Assembly: GCF_018350175.1 (NCBI RefSeq)
Contig: NC_058368.1
Coordinates: 185,878,001 to 185,942,000, forward strand
Length of the DNA stretch: 64,000 nucleotides
Reading direction: 5' to 3'
Origin: Felis catus
Lineage: Eukaryota
Made by a program: the position numbers and the translations under genes. Each line of letters opens with the position of its first letter. Position 1 is the first letter of the stretch. Positions 37,439 through 50,838 of the stretch are shown in pieces. Below the pieces are notes generated by a model. That model worked only from the letters and a program-made list of their open reading frames with translations. It was not told the origin of the DNA and searched no databases.

Positions 37439-37660
37439 CAGTGGTTTCTGATTTGAAGCAATTTTACCCCTCTCCCCATGGAGCATTTTGCAATATCTGG
37501 AGACACATTTTGCTGTCACAACTGGAGACACTGACAGTTGCTCAACATAAGACATTCTGTCCATGTGTGTGCACACCTGCACACCTGTCACATACACACC
37601 CTGTGGTCCACACTGAATATACAAGACATTCTAAAATGTAGAATGTGGAAAACAACAGTA
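37439..37660 (+). mobile_element. MER20-type hAT element
   Basis: CAGTGGTTTCT..attttacccc..gcaatatctggagacacattttgctgtcacaactgg. Confidence 0.75.
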
Positions 37661-38009
37661 GTCACCTCTAGGAGTTACAGTGAGTATTAATTAAATGCAG
37701 GTTAAAGAACTGCACAGTTGTTTTCCACTATATCAGTCCTGTGGTTGCCATTATGTGGGCTCAGCCTCCTAGTGAGGGCATGCTTTAATTATACTTTGCT
37801 ATAAAGCATTTATCACTATGTATAAAGTATAAGGTTAGTGTATAAACTCTATGAATAATAGTTTTTTTAGTTACAGAATTTAGAGTAATAGTTTCAGTAG
37901 TTGTCATAGATCAAATGGTAGTGGAATATCTAACAATGCCCAAGGGAGCCACTAGCATGGACAGTTAATCAGAGAAAGTCGTAGTGGTTGTTGTACTACT
38001 AGTAGTAAT

Positions 38010-38592
38010 AAAAATAATAACCCATACTCAGTGAATACTTGTTATGTATGTCCAAGTATGGGTTCTGCAAAGCAACTCTGAGACAGAGTTATCATGCCAT
38101 ACATCAGTTGGGATCAGTACTTATGGAAGGGAGGAAGGCAGTTTGGGATTGAGAAAAAAGTTGAGGTATGAAGCAGTTTCAGCATATATGCCTCAGCCAA
38201 CCTAGAAGGCCCCCTAGGGCTGGGATGACCTTTTGGAATTGCCCCTAAATTGGTACAAGGGATTAGGCCTGTATAACCCATGTTGATACATCACTGATGT
38301 AGACTGCTCTAGGGGAGGCATGACCTTGGGTGAGCAGTGTGCTTCTGCTAAGGCAATTTCCTGAGGTCTAGAAGCACTGCCAGCTGTTTTCAGCAGCAGC
38401 TAAGGGAATAAATCCATTCTTTCATCTTAAAGAATGCTCCTCAGGGAATCTACCACAATGTACAAGGAACTGGGCTTAACATCTAATGTGCATTTCCTTA
38501 AGTTTTCACAGTACACCAAGAGGTTGATGTTATTATCTCAACTTTACAGATGACGTAATTAGGGACTAGAGGGATTTCATAACTTTCCCAAG
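38010..38592 (-). mobile_element. MIR SINE split by an LTR insertion
   Basis: MIR tail at 38010-38048 continues at 38458 (..ttattatctcaactttacagatga..). Confidence 0.65.
38049..38457 (-). mobile_element. Solo ERVL LTR (LTR16-like)
   Basis: TG...CA termini; perfect 5-bp TSD ATGTA (38044-38048, 38458-38462); actctgagacagag..ggcatgaccttgggtgag. Confidence 0.8.
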
Positions 38593-39320
38593 AAAAGCAG
38601 TATGATTCATTTTTATAAATATAAATTATATATTTATATTTATATTTTATGTATCAGTATGTGTCAATGTGGAGAGAATTGAGTCAAAGCAATGATGTTA
38701 GGGTCTAGATATGAGTATTTATTACTAGTGTCTCCTTCATTCTCAAAAGTGTACAGTTTAGATGATAAAATAGGTTGCCAAAGGTAGGACCAGTGCTAAA
38801 GGTACCTGAGGGCAATGCATGGAAACTTGACGCAAGGTGGTGTCAAAGACCAACAGAAGAGGATATAACATGGGTAGAAATTAATAGGACAGACTAGGGG
38901 TTCTTGGTGTAAAATCCCCTAGACCAGAAAAATCAGCATAGACTGGGAGCCGGGCTCCACCCCATAGCTATTGAAACAGACAACCCGGTTAAGAGGTTCT
39001 ACCTGTCTACCACATATAGTTTCAAGGAACCCTTCATGTAATTCTGATACTTTTGCAATTTTAAGAATCACTTGGATAAATTCATAGACTGATTTGGACA
39101 AGGTGTTTGTAACTACTTTCTTTTTATTTTGCAATGCTTTGACTATAGTCAAGAAGCACTAGTTTCTCAGCAAATAGAGGAGAGATTCCAGGAAGAAATG
39201 TTCATTTTAAAGTTAAAAATTTTCACAGCACTGTGATTCACCAAGCTTACAAGTTCTTTATAGTTTTTTCCTCTTATTTCAAATGGGTAGAAGCTTTGTA
39301 TTAACTTTGAGAGTCAGCTG

Positions 39321-39433
39321 TGTAGCCCCAGAAACCTGGTTTCTGGTGTGGTTGGTCGGTCGGTCTTTCTCTCATTATATAATGGATATGTAAAAGGATA
39401 TGATAAAAGGATTAATATATATACATATACATA

Positions 39434-39487
<54 letters not shown>

Positions 39488-40213
39488 GCATACAGGGAAT
39501 AAGCTTAGGAATTCCCTGAGCCTTCCCTGATGGGTTAACAAGGCATAAAGAATCAGAAAGCCATAGGATATACACACCCAAGTTTGGGTAAACAAGATTA
39601 GGTAAATAAGAATAGGTAAAGTGGGGCAAAGTTCCCAGTATAGGACAAAGGTATATGAGGTAAGCAAGATTAGGTACTCAGGGTGGAAACGTCCCCCCCA
39701 ATTTAGCATAATAGCAGAAATCTGCTTTCACAAGAAGGAAGGACTAAATTAGGTAAACAGGTAAATAGGGCTACAGAATACTGCAGGGAAAGTTGCCCAG
39801 AGCAGAGCTAATAAGTAAAAGAAAGGTGCCTTGTTGACCCTGAGGTAGTATGCTCTGTCTTTCTTGTCCCCTAGACCAGTTTAGGTAAACAGAGGTGGTG
39901 CCTCACATCTGCTGTAAACAACCTTCTGCCAGGTGCCAGGATTTTGTTTTGTATTAACCCAAACCCCTAACCCCACATATTTTGAAAACCCCCTTTCCCT
40001 CATGCCCATGACTTAATGTTCACAGTTTCATTGTCTCTTTGTGTATGTCCATCACCATGTTTGTAAGCCTTCTGATCCTAATAAAAACAAGAGCAAGGAC
40101 CCTTAATTGGGGTTCTTGTCTTCTCCTGGACATTAGCCATCTCTTGCAATTTTAATCCTGCATCCCACTTTCTTGCTGGATAGGAAAGAACTCCAGACCC
40201 AGAGTCTATGACA
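39321..40213 (+). mobile_element. Solo LTR, probably carnivore ERV1-class
   Basis: TGTAG...TGACA termini, internally repetitive U3, AATAAA at about 40080; TSD not clean. Confidence 0.7.
39415..39492. repeat. (TATACA)n microsatellite
   Basis: Read directly. Confidence 0.92.
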
Positions 40214-40926
40214 TGTATATATAATGGAAAGATTAATGCTTGTTTTACCTCTCCCACAGGTTTTTCATGAAGCTGAAATAAAATCATATATGCAAAATTA
40301 TCTATAAACTGTGAAGTGCTATGTAGTCATAAAGTAGGAAACTAATAGTGTGATTCTTAGCTAGATATTTTTAGCACCCAGAAAGCACAATATTTGCTTG
40401 ATAAATCCATGTTCAATTTTTGTAAAATCTTAAAATAGTAATTTTTACTGTGAATGTTTTCAAATATTGAGAGAGAAAAACAATTTTAAAAAGGCATTCT
40501 TTTATTATTTAATAAATCTAGTTTTCCTTCTGGCTGTGAGACCAGGAGTTAAAGTAATATCTCTGGTTTCCTTTTCTTCCTGGGCATATCAGTTTCCTCT
40601 GGGACGCTCAAAATCACCAGTTGGGAAAGGCAAGGGTGAAGAAATAAAGGGCTGAAAAAAATCTCATCATATTTTTTGGATTGCATGAGTGTTAATGAAA
40701 CCATCCAACAAAATGAAAACTGATCTCTTTATACTCTTAAATCTATGTCAATACTCACCAGGCCCTTCACAGAAGGCACACTTAGCTTAGGGACATCTAT
40801 TTCAGCAATATTAATTGAATCAGCATATAACTTATCCTGGTCCTGGTAAGGGGATGTATAAGTTAGTTACTGCCAGAGCCAAACTCATGTCCCTGACTCC
40901 TCCCCCACCCAGGATTCAATCTATTG

Positions 40927-41257
40927 GTGGTGGTTTTAAAAATGTCAGTTGTTTGATACTTCTCCCTTGAATTAGTCTTGACTTAGTATTTTGCTTCAAT
41001 GGTGTGTGATTCTGATATAACCCATAAAAGCATTGGGGCTTCTCTCTTGGATTACTTTATCTGGGGGGTGAAAGCTGTCATGCTGTGAGCAGCCTGTAGA
41101 AAATCTCACAGGACCAGGAACCAAAGCCTCTGGCAAAGAGCCAAAGAGGAACTGAGGCCTGCCAACAACCTGTGGAGCTGTGAGATTTTAAAAGTTTGTT
41201 GTTTTGAACCACAAAGATTTGGGAAAATTTGTTACACAGCAACAGATAGCTAATGTA
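40927..41257 (+). mobile_element. MaLR LTR (MLT1E/F-like)
   Basis: gaggaactgaggcctgccaacaacc..tgttgttttgaacc..aatttgttacacagcaacagatagctaat. Confidence 0.8.
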
Positions 41258-41449
41258 ATTTATCTGTCACAACTAAATGATTGTTTAACTTAAAGTCTTT
41301 TGCTTTCAGTTGATCCCCAGATGACCAGAGAGATATTTCATAAAGAGAGTAGATATGGAAACTTGTTCTTATCCAATTTAAGGGCTTTTTCTATAAAGTG
41401 TTTCTACTAAAAGATTTCAGTCTTCAAAGCTATCTCATAATTAATGGAG

Positions 41450-41956
41450 ACATTTTTAGGATTTTTTTTTAGAACAGTTTTAGGTTCACAACAAAACTGA
41501 GAGGAAGGTACAGAGATCTCCCATATACCCTCTGCCTTCATGCATGCATAACCACCCACATTATTAACACCCCCTACCAGAGTGTTGTATTTAGTACAAT
41601 TGATGAACCTACATTGACATGGCATAATTGCACAAACTCCATAGTTTATATTTGAGTTCACTGTTGTACGTTCTATGTATTTTACAAATATATAATGACA
41701 TGTATCTATCATTGTAGTGTTGTACCACATAGTTTCACTGTCCTAAAAGTCCTCTGTAATGTATTCATCCCTCCCTCACTCCCTCCTCTCTCACCCCATA
41801 TAACCACTCATCTTTTTAGAGTCCCCATAGTTATGTCGTTCGCAGAATGTCATATAATTGAAATCATTTAGTATGTAGCCTTTTCAGATTGGCTTCTTTC
41901 ACTTGATAATATGCATTTAAATCCCTTCAAATCTTTCGTTTTACTTGATAGCTTTT

Positions 41957-42004
<48 letters not shown>

Positions 42005-42252
42005 TCAGCACTGAATAATATTCCATTGTCTGAATGTGTTACAGTTTATCCATTCACCTACTGAAGAACATCTTGGTTACTTCCAAGTTTGGGCAGTTAT
42101 AGATAAAGCTGCTGTAAACATCCATATGCAGGTTTTGTATGGACTTAAATTTTCCTCTCTTTGGGTAAATACCAAGGAGCATGATCACTGAACTGTATGA
42201 TAAGAGTGTGTTTAGTTGTTTTTTTTTTTAAGTATTTATTTAGAGAGAGAGG

Positions 42253-42305
<53 letters not shown>

Positions 42306-42830
42306 TCCCAAGCAGATCCCGCACTGTCAGTGCAGAGCCCGATGTAGGACTTGATCTCATGAATTGAGAGATCATGATGAACCAAAATCAAGAGTCAGAT
42401 GCTTAACCAACTGACCACCCCAAGTATGTTTAGTTTTATAAGTTAACTACCACACTCTCTTCCAGAGTAACTATACTATTTTTCATTCCCATCAGTGATG
42501 AATGAAAGTTCCTGTTGCTCCAGCATTTGAAGTTGTCAGTGTTCCGGATTTTGGCCATTCTAATAGTCATGTAATAGTATCTCATGTTGTTTTAATTTGT
42601 ATTTCCCTGATGGCATATGATGTGAAGCATTTTTCATATGCTTATTTGCCATCTGTAAATCTTTGGTGAGGTATCTGTTAATGTCTTTGGCTCCTTTTTT
42701 TTTAAATTGGTTTGTTTACTTATTGTTGAGTTTTAAGAATTCTTTATATATTTTGGATACAGTCCTTTAGCAGATTTGCTTTTTGCAAATACTTTCTCCC
42801 AGTCTTTGGCATATCTTCCTATTTTCTTGA
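41450..42830 (-). mobile_element. LINE-1 3' end (L1MC1-like)
   Basis: agaacagttttaggttcacaacaaaactgag..tacaattgatgaacctacattgaca; ORF2 C-terminal sequence to about 42830; contains (TTTC)n at 41955-42006. Confidence 0.9.
42216..42421 (-). mobile_element. CanSINE inserted in L1
   Basis: Long (GA)n; flanks AGT(G/A)TGTTTAGTT. Confidence 0.92.
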
Positions 42831-44769
42831 TAACTAAGTCTTCAAAAACACATTCCTCTGACTTGTGTGTCAAAGCCAAAACTTGGGTCTGGGAGTTGAT
42901 AGTTATGTTGCTGCAGCAAAGAGTTTTCTTAGCATCTCTTATGTGGTGGGCATGCTTACCGACATTAAACATCAGACTGAACAAGGCAACTTCTTTCATT
43001 CCTTCAACACCAGCTGTCAGGTCTGATTTACTCTCACCGGCTCACTGAATTCCTAAAAATTCCAAAACTATTTTGAAATAAAATCTCTGTCATATTCCCT
43101 CCTCTACTCTTGCATTGTAGGAAAATAGTCTTCAAGAGAGAAGAGAGGTGATATTTCTATTAACTAGCAAATATGAGCATCAGATGATAAGAGAAATTAC
43201 AAAACTGTATCCTTGTAAGAATGACTTTTTTTCTGAATACAGATGAAATAATGTTTATTTGCCTATTTTATTATAAAAGCAATGAATTTTCCCCCTGGAA
43301 ACCACAATAAGTACAAAATCAAATGTCGTATATAATCATACCAAAAATGATAATAATTATAAGGTGATTTCTAATCAGTCTCTCAGTGTCTTCTTCTCAT
43401 TCTCAGTGTGTGTCTGTGTTATGTACATGTACACACACATATATAGAGAGAGATAAAATACCATGGTGAATCCTTGCATTGACATAATATTTTTTATTTT
43501 AAATTTTGACTTAAATAATCTCCAGTTCTGTAAATAGATGGACTGTGAAGCCATTAGGAGCAGAGTGTGCATCTTAAATATTTTCCATGTGTATCATAGT
43601 GACTAAAATGTAGCATGTGAGTAATCATAATGTCTAATTGTTACAATGCCTAATAATTGTTGAGAGTATTATTCTATTTTAATGGAGTAAAATGATTCAA
43701 AGAGAGCACAAGGCTTATTCAAGTTATATGGTTGTTTCTCAGTAGATTTGGGATCAAGAACCACTACAATGGCCGTACAGCTGCCTCTTCTCTAAGAAGG
43801 CATATGACTTTCCTGGGAAGGCAAACTGCTCTCTTGGGAAAAGCATTGATGGAGAGAATGACTAGACCCTGAAGACCAGAGTGCAGTTGTCCTTTGATCT
43901 TAGCTTTCCCTTGTAGTTGTGAAAAACACAGTGTTATTTTACCTAGAACTGATCAAAGCCCAGGTCCAGCCAGAAGTGAAAGGAGATGAGAGATGGACCA
44001 TGCCATTGGAGTGTGCAGAATGTGTGTCTTCTAGAAAAGTGTCATGCTTTTCATTTCCAAAGTGTTGTCTTCAGACAGTATAGAGCAGTGAAACTTTGAC
44101 TTTTTATTGTTTTCTTGACAAAAAGACTGCTTCAGAAACCATCTCAATGCTGCTTGCTCAATCATTCATCCACACTAGGCAGGAATTCTGTCAGAACTTG
44201 TCATTTTTATTTAAGCAAGGCCCTGCCATAGAGCAACTTTATTCTAATCATACTCACATTCAATTTGACAGTTTCAGATATCTTGTATGTCCAGTGTACA
44301 TGCTCAGATAGATGATTTATCACCAAACATTTCTCTGTCGGCAACTCTGATAAGATTCTCACCTTCTTTTAGCCCAATTTCTGGGGAGCAAAAAAACCTG
44401 TATTAAAAATATCACAGTTTTCCAGTTCTCTATAGATAGTGTGAGATGACACATTATAGAAACAAACACAATTTATTCTTGGGGAAAAGGCCAATGGAAA
44501 GTAGTATTAAAATGGAATACTCACTGAGAATTGAATCCTGAACTTTCTGATTTTCTCTTTGAATTCTATTTTCCCAGAGGAAAAGATTACATTGATCCAG
44601 TTAGTTTTGGGGGAGTTTATAAAACACTTTAAAATTAAATTTTAGTGTTATATTAATAATGTTATATAAACTGAATCTTCTAGCACACTAACCTTAAAAA
44701 GACTAAAGGTCGGAGAAGAACATTACTGAATTATCTGCTTAATTGGTGCTGCATGAAATACTGTCACAG

Positions 44770-44940
44770 TAATAGTATTAGCATTTCTCATTTCTTAAAT
44801 GTGTATTATGGCTCAAGCATTCTATTTGCTGTATATATATTATTTCATATAATCCTTACATTAACCCTCTGAAGCATTATTATCTCTATTTGCAGAAGAG
44901 GCGAATGAGCCTCAGAGTAGTCAAGCATCTCAAAGTCATT
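44770..44940 (-). mobile_element. MIR SINE
   Basis: aatccttacattaaccctctgaagcattattatctctatttgcagaagagg. Confidence 0.7.
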
Positions 44941-46184
44941 GTAAAGAGATCATTTCAGGGAAATGGTCATCTATGAATTTTCTGTATAGAAAATTAGGTA
45001 ACTCCATGAGTATTTTTAGGAGATGTGGGACCACAGACTTGTGCCTCATAGTGAGCTAGAGAACCGATGAGGGAAAAATGATATAAATGGACTTTGACCA
45101 TGAGCCTTTTCAAATAGTCACAGTCTATGTTGAGACTCTCAATAGACAGCGAGAGCAAAAATAAGTGACTCCCCAGGTATGGCAACACCCACTTTGCACA
45201 GGTTGTTAAGAATCAGAGTCTTCTGGCTGACTAAATGTGTCCCTAGAATCTTTGAAGAGACGAATTTTATTTGGTCATTCAACTGTCTAAAGAAAATGAT
45301 AAGTAAAGGTTATTTGTTCCCACAAAATATTCATGTCCTCCCCTCACGTCCTAATCCTTGCATTGGGTTAGAGTTATATAATGAGTTCTGGCTCTGAGAA
45401 GCAACCCTGTCAATTCCAGGCCAAAGCAGTTCTAGAAAAGTACATTGTTGAACAAACTGATGGAATTCTAGTAAGGGCTGTAGTTTAGTTAATAATATTG
45501 TACCAATGTAATTTTTATCTTAAATTTAACACAAACTATGCTTAATAATGTTAGAGCAAGTAATGGTAGTTATGAGTGAGTATTGGAAATATTGGGAGCA
45601 GCAACAGAATGTTTACCAAGTTCCTAGCACTGTGCTAAGCACAACATGAAAATTACATTTTTAAATTCTAACACCAATCCTATGAGGTATGAGCGCTCTT
45701 AATAATTGGGAATATATATGAGAATAATGATGACAATAATGAGAAATTGGTCATCAACTTTTCATGTTACTGAAACACTCTCAGGGCATCTACCCAAACT
45801 CTAGAAAAAAACATCTTTAGATTTGGTTGACACTGACATTCTCCAAGGTTATATAAACAATGGAGTTGGAATATTTCTCCTGTTTTCCTGCTTTCTGTAA
45901 CTTAATAATTAGAATAAGATTCTATCCCATTTTTCTAATTTGTCAAATGAGGAAGTTAGATGAGGTAAATGTGTGTTTCTCTTCATGACTGAATTCTATA
46001 AGGTCACTGTTATAAAGATCCATAAATAATGATATTTTTTTTTCTCTTCATGTGCCTGAGTGTGTTTGAGAGTTGAACGGATGTCCACAATCCCTTCTGT
46101 GTAAGAGAGGTATGACATTAAACAAAGACACGGACAAGAGTCAGGCTTCCATATGTGTTTCAGCAACAAGAATGATAATAGCTT

Positions 46185-46397
46185 GGGGTGCCTGGGTGAG
46201 TCAGTTGGTTAAGCAATCAACTTCGACTCAGGTCATGATCTCACAGTCCATGAGTTCGAGCCCTGTGTCAGGCTCTATGCTGACAGCTTGGAGCCTGGAG
46301 ACTGCTTCAGATTTTGTGTGTGTGTCTCTCTCTCTGCTCCTACCCCCTTCACACTCTGTCTCTCTCTGTCTCAAAAATAAACAAACATTTAAAAAAA
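46185..46397 (+). mobile_element. CanSINE
   Basis: Full body; flanks share ATAATAGC. Confidence 0.95.
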
Positions 46398-46829
46398 GAA
46401 TAATAGCATAACAACACATATTCTGCCTATAAAAATGTACCCAACAGAAGCTGAAGTTCCATTAAGACTATGTTGGCCAAGTCATGGCAAAGTGAAAAAA
46501 ACAAAAACAAAACAAAAGCTATTAAAAAAATTAGCTTCTTGATTTAGAATTATGCCCAGTTACATAGCCTTCACATTCATTTGGCATATGGGTGCTCTGG
46601 GTATAAGGTCTCAGGAAGAGATAGGAAGGGGATCCTGAATATCCATATCCTGAGATAGCACCCATGCAAATATTATTTTTCTCTGGCATTTTAAATTACT
46701 ATTTTTAGACCTTTAAACCTTAGAATTAATACCCACTCATGCACTCAGAATAATATCATGGCACTCCTTATGTATCTTACGCTCTGCCAAGCATAGGGTA
46801 TTTTTTGTGTAAGGAGTCTAATTCCTTTT

Positions 46830-47186
46830 TTGATGTGTGATGGCTGAGAGCTTTTAAGCCCATTCTCTTTCTGCACCACATCTGGGAAATGTTACAATAA
46901 AGCTTGGTTACTCCCTCCTTTGGAGCCAGAGTTCAAATCATACAATACCTGGGCTGTGCATCTTAACCAACATTCCCCAGCCTTACCAACGAGCCACCTT
47001 TAAGCCAATCTTTCTCTAGTTTCATTTTTGGACCAGTGAGGAACCTACTCCTGTTCTTCCCAGAAAGTCTCATGTGTAATAAACCTTTCCATGCCATCTT
47101 GGTGAATGTGTAACATTATCAGTCTCAACATCCAATCAAATCTGGGGTGGAGTGGTCTATCCTATCTATGTGAAATAAGCAGGACA
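46830..47186 (+). mobile_element. ERVL-class LTR (MER54/MER73-like)
   Basis: gagagcttttaagccc..ccacatctggg..ctccctcctttgg..taataaaccttt..catccaatcaaat. Confidence 0.6.
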
Positions 47187-47736
47187 TCTTGCACATTTGC
47201 TTTTATAAAATAAGACAATGATTTTTTTTTTGAAAAGTTATTAAGGGAAATAGGAATTCAGAAGAGATTAATGCCTTGACTAAAAGTCCCATTTCTTACT
47301 GCAAAGTGGCATGGACATGCCCAAGATCTTTAGGTTTTCAGATGATATTCTCCTAAAAGTAAATTCCAAAAAGTCAACAAAGGAAATTAAATGCTTATAA
47401 AAAGATTACCATGAAAAAATTAACAGTACATAGAACTCAGCAATTACAGACTATTGCTGGTTCTACTTTAATGTCACAGAAAAGAAGCAAAGAATAATAA
47501 TAAGCAAGTGTCTAAATTATGTCTGCATACTTATCATTTGTGAAGCCTTAAACTCTAGTGGTTGATTTTGACCTTCCATTAAATGGATGTTATGTTTATA
47601 CTCTACTGTTTTTCCATTGATTTAATTAAGAGTCTACATGAAAAACTCTCATGGTAAGAAAAGTACTAGAATGAAATGAAGGAAAAATAACCACATTCTA
47701 CATAACTAAAAAATTAAATCCTCTTGCCTCCTTTTT

Positions 47737-47790
47737 ATTCATTTCATTTCATTTCATTTCATTTCATTTCATTTCATTTCATTTCAATTT
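47737..47790. repeat. (ATTTC)n microsatellite at the L1 tail
   Basis: Read directly. Confidence 0.9.
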
Positions 47791-48585
47791 CAGTATAGTT
47801 AACAGTGTTCCATTAATTTCAGGTATACCATATAATGATGCAACGCTTCCTTTAACACCCAATGCTTATCATAACAATTGTACTCCTTAATTCCCATCAC
47901 TTATTTTACTCAGCGTACCACTCACTTCCATTCTATTAACCATCGTTTTCCCTCTTTATATATGTTCATCTGTTTTGTTTCTTAAATTCCACATGTAAGT
48001 GAAATAATATTATGTTTGTCTTTCTCAGACTGACTTAGCTATTTTGCTTAGCATAATGTTCTCTGGCTTCATCCACATTGTTGCAAGTGGTGCGATTTCA
48101 TTCTTTTTGATGACATATATGTATATAATATATATATTAATAATATAATATATAATAATGTATTAATATAATTATAATTATAATTATACAATTATAATAA
48201 TAATATAATATATTATAATATTCTCCAGAATGGTTGCACCAGTTTGCATTCCCACCAACATTGCAAGAGCATTCCCCTTTCTCCACATCCTAACATGCTG
48301 TTTCCTGTATTGTTAATTTTAGACATTCTGACTTGTTTGAGGTGATAACTCATTGTAGTTTGGATTTGGATTTCCCTGATGATGAGTGATGTTGAGCATC
48401 CTTTCATGTGTCTGTTAGCCATCTGGATGTCTTCTTTGGAAAAGTGTCTTTCATGTCTTTTGCCCATTTCTCAACTGGATTATTTGCTTTTTCTGGGTGT
48501 TGAGTTTGATAAGTTCATTGTAGATTTTGGATATTAACCCAAATTATCATATATGTCATTTGCAAATATCTTCTCCCATTCTGTC
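47790..48585 (-). mobile_element. Carnivore-type LINE-1 3' fragment with internal AT-rich tract (48115-48222)
   Basis: Minus ORF 48213-48467 [51 protein letters not shown] matches the L1 ORF2p C-terminal domain. Confidence 0.93.
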
Positions 48586-48773
48586 ATCTCTTTAGAAGTC
48601 ATGTGCTAACAGTACATGCATTAATGGTGAAAGATAGTTTAAATAAGACAAAAATTCACAGCAATCCATTTAAAAAGTGGGCTTTTGATTTTATGAGAAG
48701 CAATTTGGTAATCCTTATAAATTTTACCTAGTAGATCACCTGTTATTATATAGTTTATAATGCCAGGCAATGT

Positions 48774-49145
48774 AGTTCACCCTTGTGAACTACATGTTGT
48801 GAACAACAGGATGGTTAGGGGCACTGAATCAACTGCCTCCAATAATAGTGTGCAGTAGAAAAAAATATGCATTTATAACTTTCTAATCCTTCAATACTTA
48901 AACTACTAATTGCTTTCTATTGACTAAAAAGCCTTATAAATAACGTGAACAGTTAGCACATATTTTTGTTATATGTATTATATTTTATATTCTTATAGTA
49001 AAGTATGCTACAGAAAATAAAATGTTATTGAGAAAGTCATGAGAAGGAGAAAATACACTTACAGTACTCTACTGTATTTATTAAAAAAAATCTGCATATA
49101 ATGGATACACACAGTTCAAACCCATGATGTTTAAGGGTCAACTGT
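48774..49145. mobile_element. Tigger2-derived MITE (Tigger2a-like)
   Basis: TIR-like ends (tagttcacccttg ... tttaagggtcaactg-TA); typical internal text. Confidence 0.8.
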
Positions 49146-49323
49146 ATGTTTCATGCTTTATGGCTTTAAAAAACTAGGAAAACAACCAGGTAATCAGGAA
49201 AAATATGGTAAGGATTACAATATTTTTAATTTAATTATCTAATTTAGTTAATATACTCAGGGTTATTTGTAACAGAGATATATAAAATTATTGTATATAT
49301 GGTTAAATTAAAAGCCAAGAGGT

Positions 49324-49537
49324 GGGGCACCTGCGTAGCTTTGTCTGTTGAACATCCAACTTCAGCTCAGGTCATGATCTCATGGTTTATGAGTTTGAGC
49401 CCCACATCAGGCTCTGTGCTGACAGCTCAGAGCCTGGAGCCTGGTCAGATTCTGTGTCTCCCTCTCTCTCTGTCCCTCTCCTGCTCACACTCTGTGTCTC
49501 TCTGTCTCTCAAGATTATATAAATGTTAAAAAAAAAA
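49324..49537 (+). mobile_element. CanSINE
   Basis: Full body; flanks share CAAGAGGT. Confidence 0.93.
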
Positions 49538-49546
49538 AAAGACTCA

Positions 49547-49758
49547 AGAGGTACCTGGGTTGCTCAATAAGTTAAGCCTCTGACTCTTGGTTTTGGCTCA
49601 GGTTACAATCTCATGGTTTGCAGGATGGAGTCCCCTGTTGGGCCCCATGCGACAGTACAGAGGCTGCTTGGGATTCTCTCTCCCCCTCTCTATCTGAACC
49701 TCCCTGCTTACATGTGCACATTCTCTCCCTCCCTCCCTTCCTCTCCCCCCCACCTCAA

Positions 49759-49801
<43 letters not shown>

Positions 49802-49815
49802 GCAAGCATTAAAAA
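49547..49815 (+). mobile_element. CanSINE (older type) with (TAAA)n tail
   Basis: gaggtacctgggttgctca head. Confidence 0.92.
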
Positions 49816-50204
49816 CATAAATAAAAACAAGGACACTGCAATCTGGTGAATCAAAATGTGTCTTGCTTCCTTGAAGTTTTATTCTCTAAAATTGCTTTTC
49901 TCAATGAAATTACATACAATCCATCAATTTGACTAAACCATCTGGTGTTGCATTACTTGGGCTGAAATGAATACAGTTTTCTCCAAGAAAGTTAGCTCTT
50001 GGTGCTGTATTTCCAAACTAGTATAGTCCTCTGACATAGGTGTTTTCTTGCAGGTGGTATGCAAAATCCCAAAGTAATCATGCCGTATTTTCCTGGAAGT
50101 TCTAATTCCACTCAAACAGTTTTGGAAAGATAACAAAAGAACCACAAGAATACATTCACTAGAATAACTAAAATTAAATGAAATGATAACAATAAATGTT
50201 TCAT

Positions 50205-50835
50205 GTATATGGAACAATCAGAATGCTCATACATTTTTATGGGACTGTTAAGTATTAGAATATATTTGGGAAAAGTTGTGATTGTTTCTTATAAAATTAA
50301 ATATATATCTACCCTATGACCTGGCAATTTCATTAGTAGATATATACCTAAGACGTATGAAAACCTATGCCCACAAGTGATTTGAAAAAGTGTTCACATC
50401 AGCTTTATTTGTAGTAGCCTTAAACTAGAAAAAAATTAATTTTTCATCAAAGAATAGATAAACAGATCTAGGTATATTTATACAAGAAGATACTACTCTT
50501 AAAATATAAAGGAATGACTGATATGTGCAATAATCATGGATTAATCCTAAAAATATTACCCAAGTGAAAGAAGCCTTACATAAAATAATACACATGGTGT
50601 ATTTCCTTTTATATAATCTTCTAGTACAGGTGAAACTCAACTATTGTGAAAAGGTCACAAAAGTGATGGTCTCTGGGGAGATGACAGATAGAATTCCTTG
50701 GGCAGGTAGGTGAAGGACCTCTCTAGGAGTGATGATGTTACATCTTTTGATGTTGGTTTATATTATAAGCAAATGCTTTGTCATATGATGGCACACTTAT
50801 AATTTTTGCATTTCAATGTTTAGAAATTTTATCCC
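50205..50835 (+). mobile_element. Ancient LINE-1 3' end (L1MC/ME-like)
   Basis: ctaccctatgacctggcaatttc..gttcacatcagctttatttgtagtagc..catggattaatcctaaaaatatt. Confidence 0.8.
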
Positions 50836-50838
50836 TGA

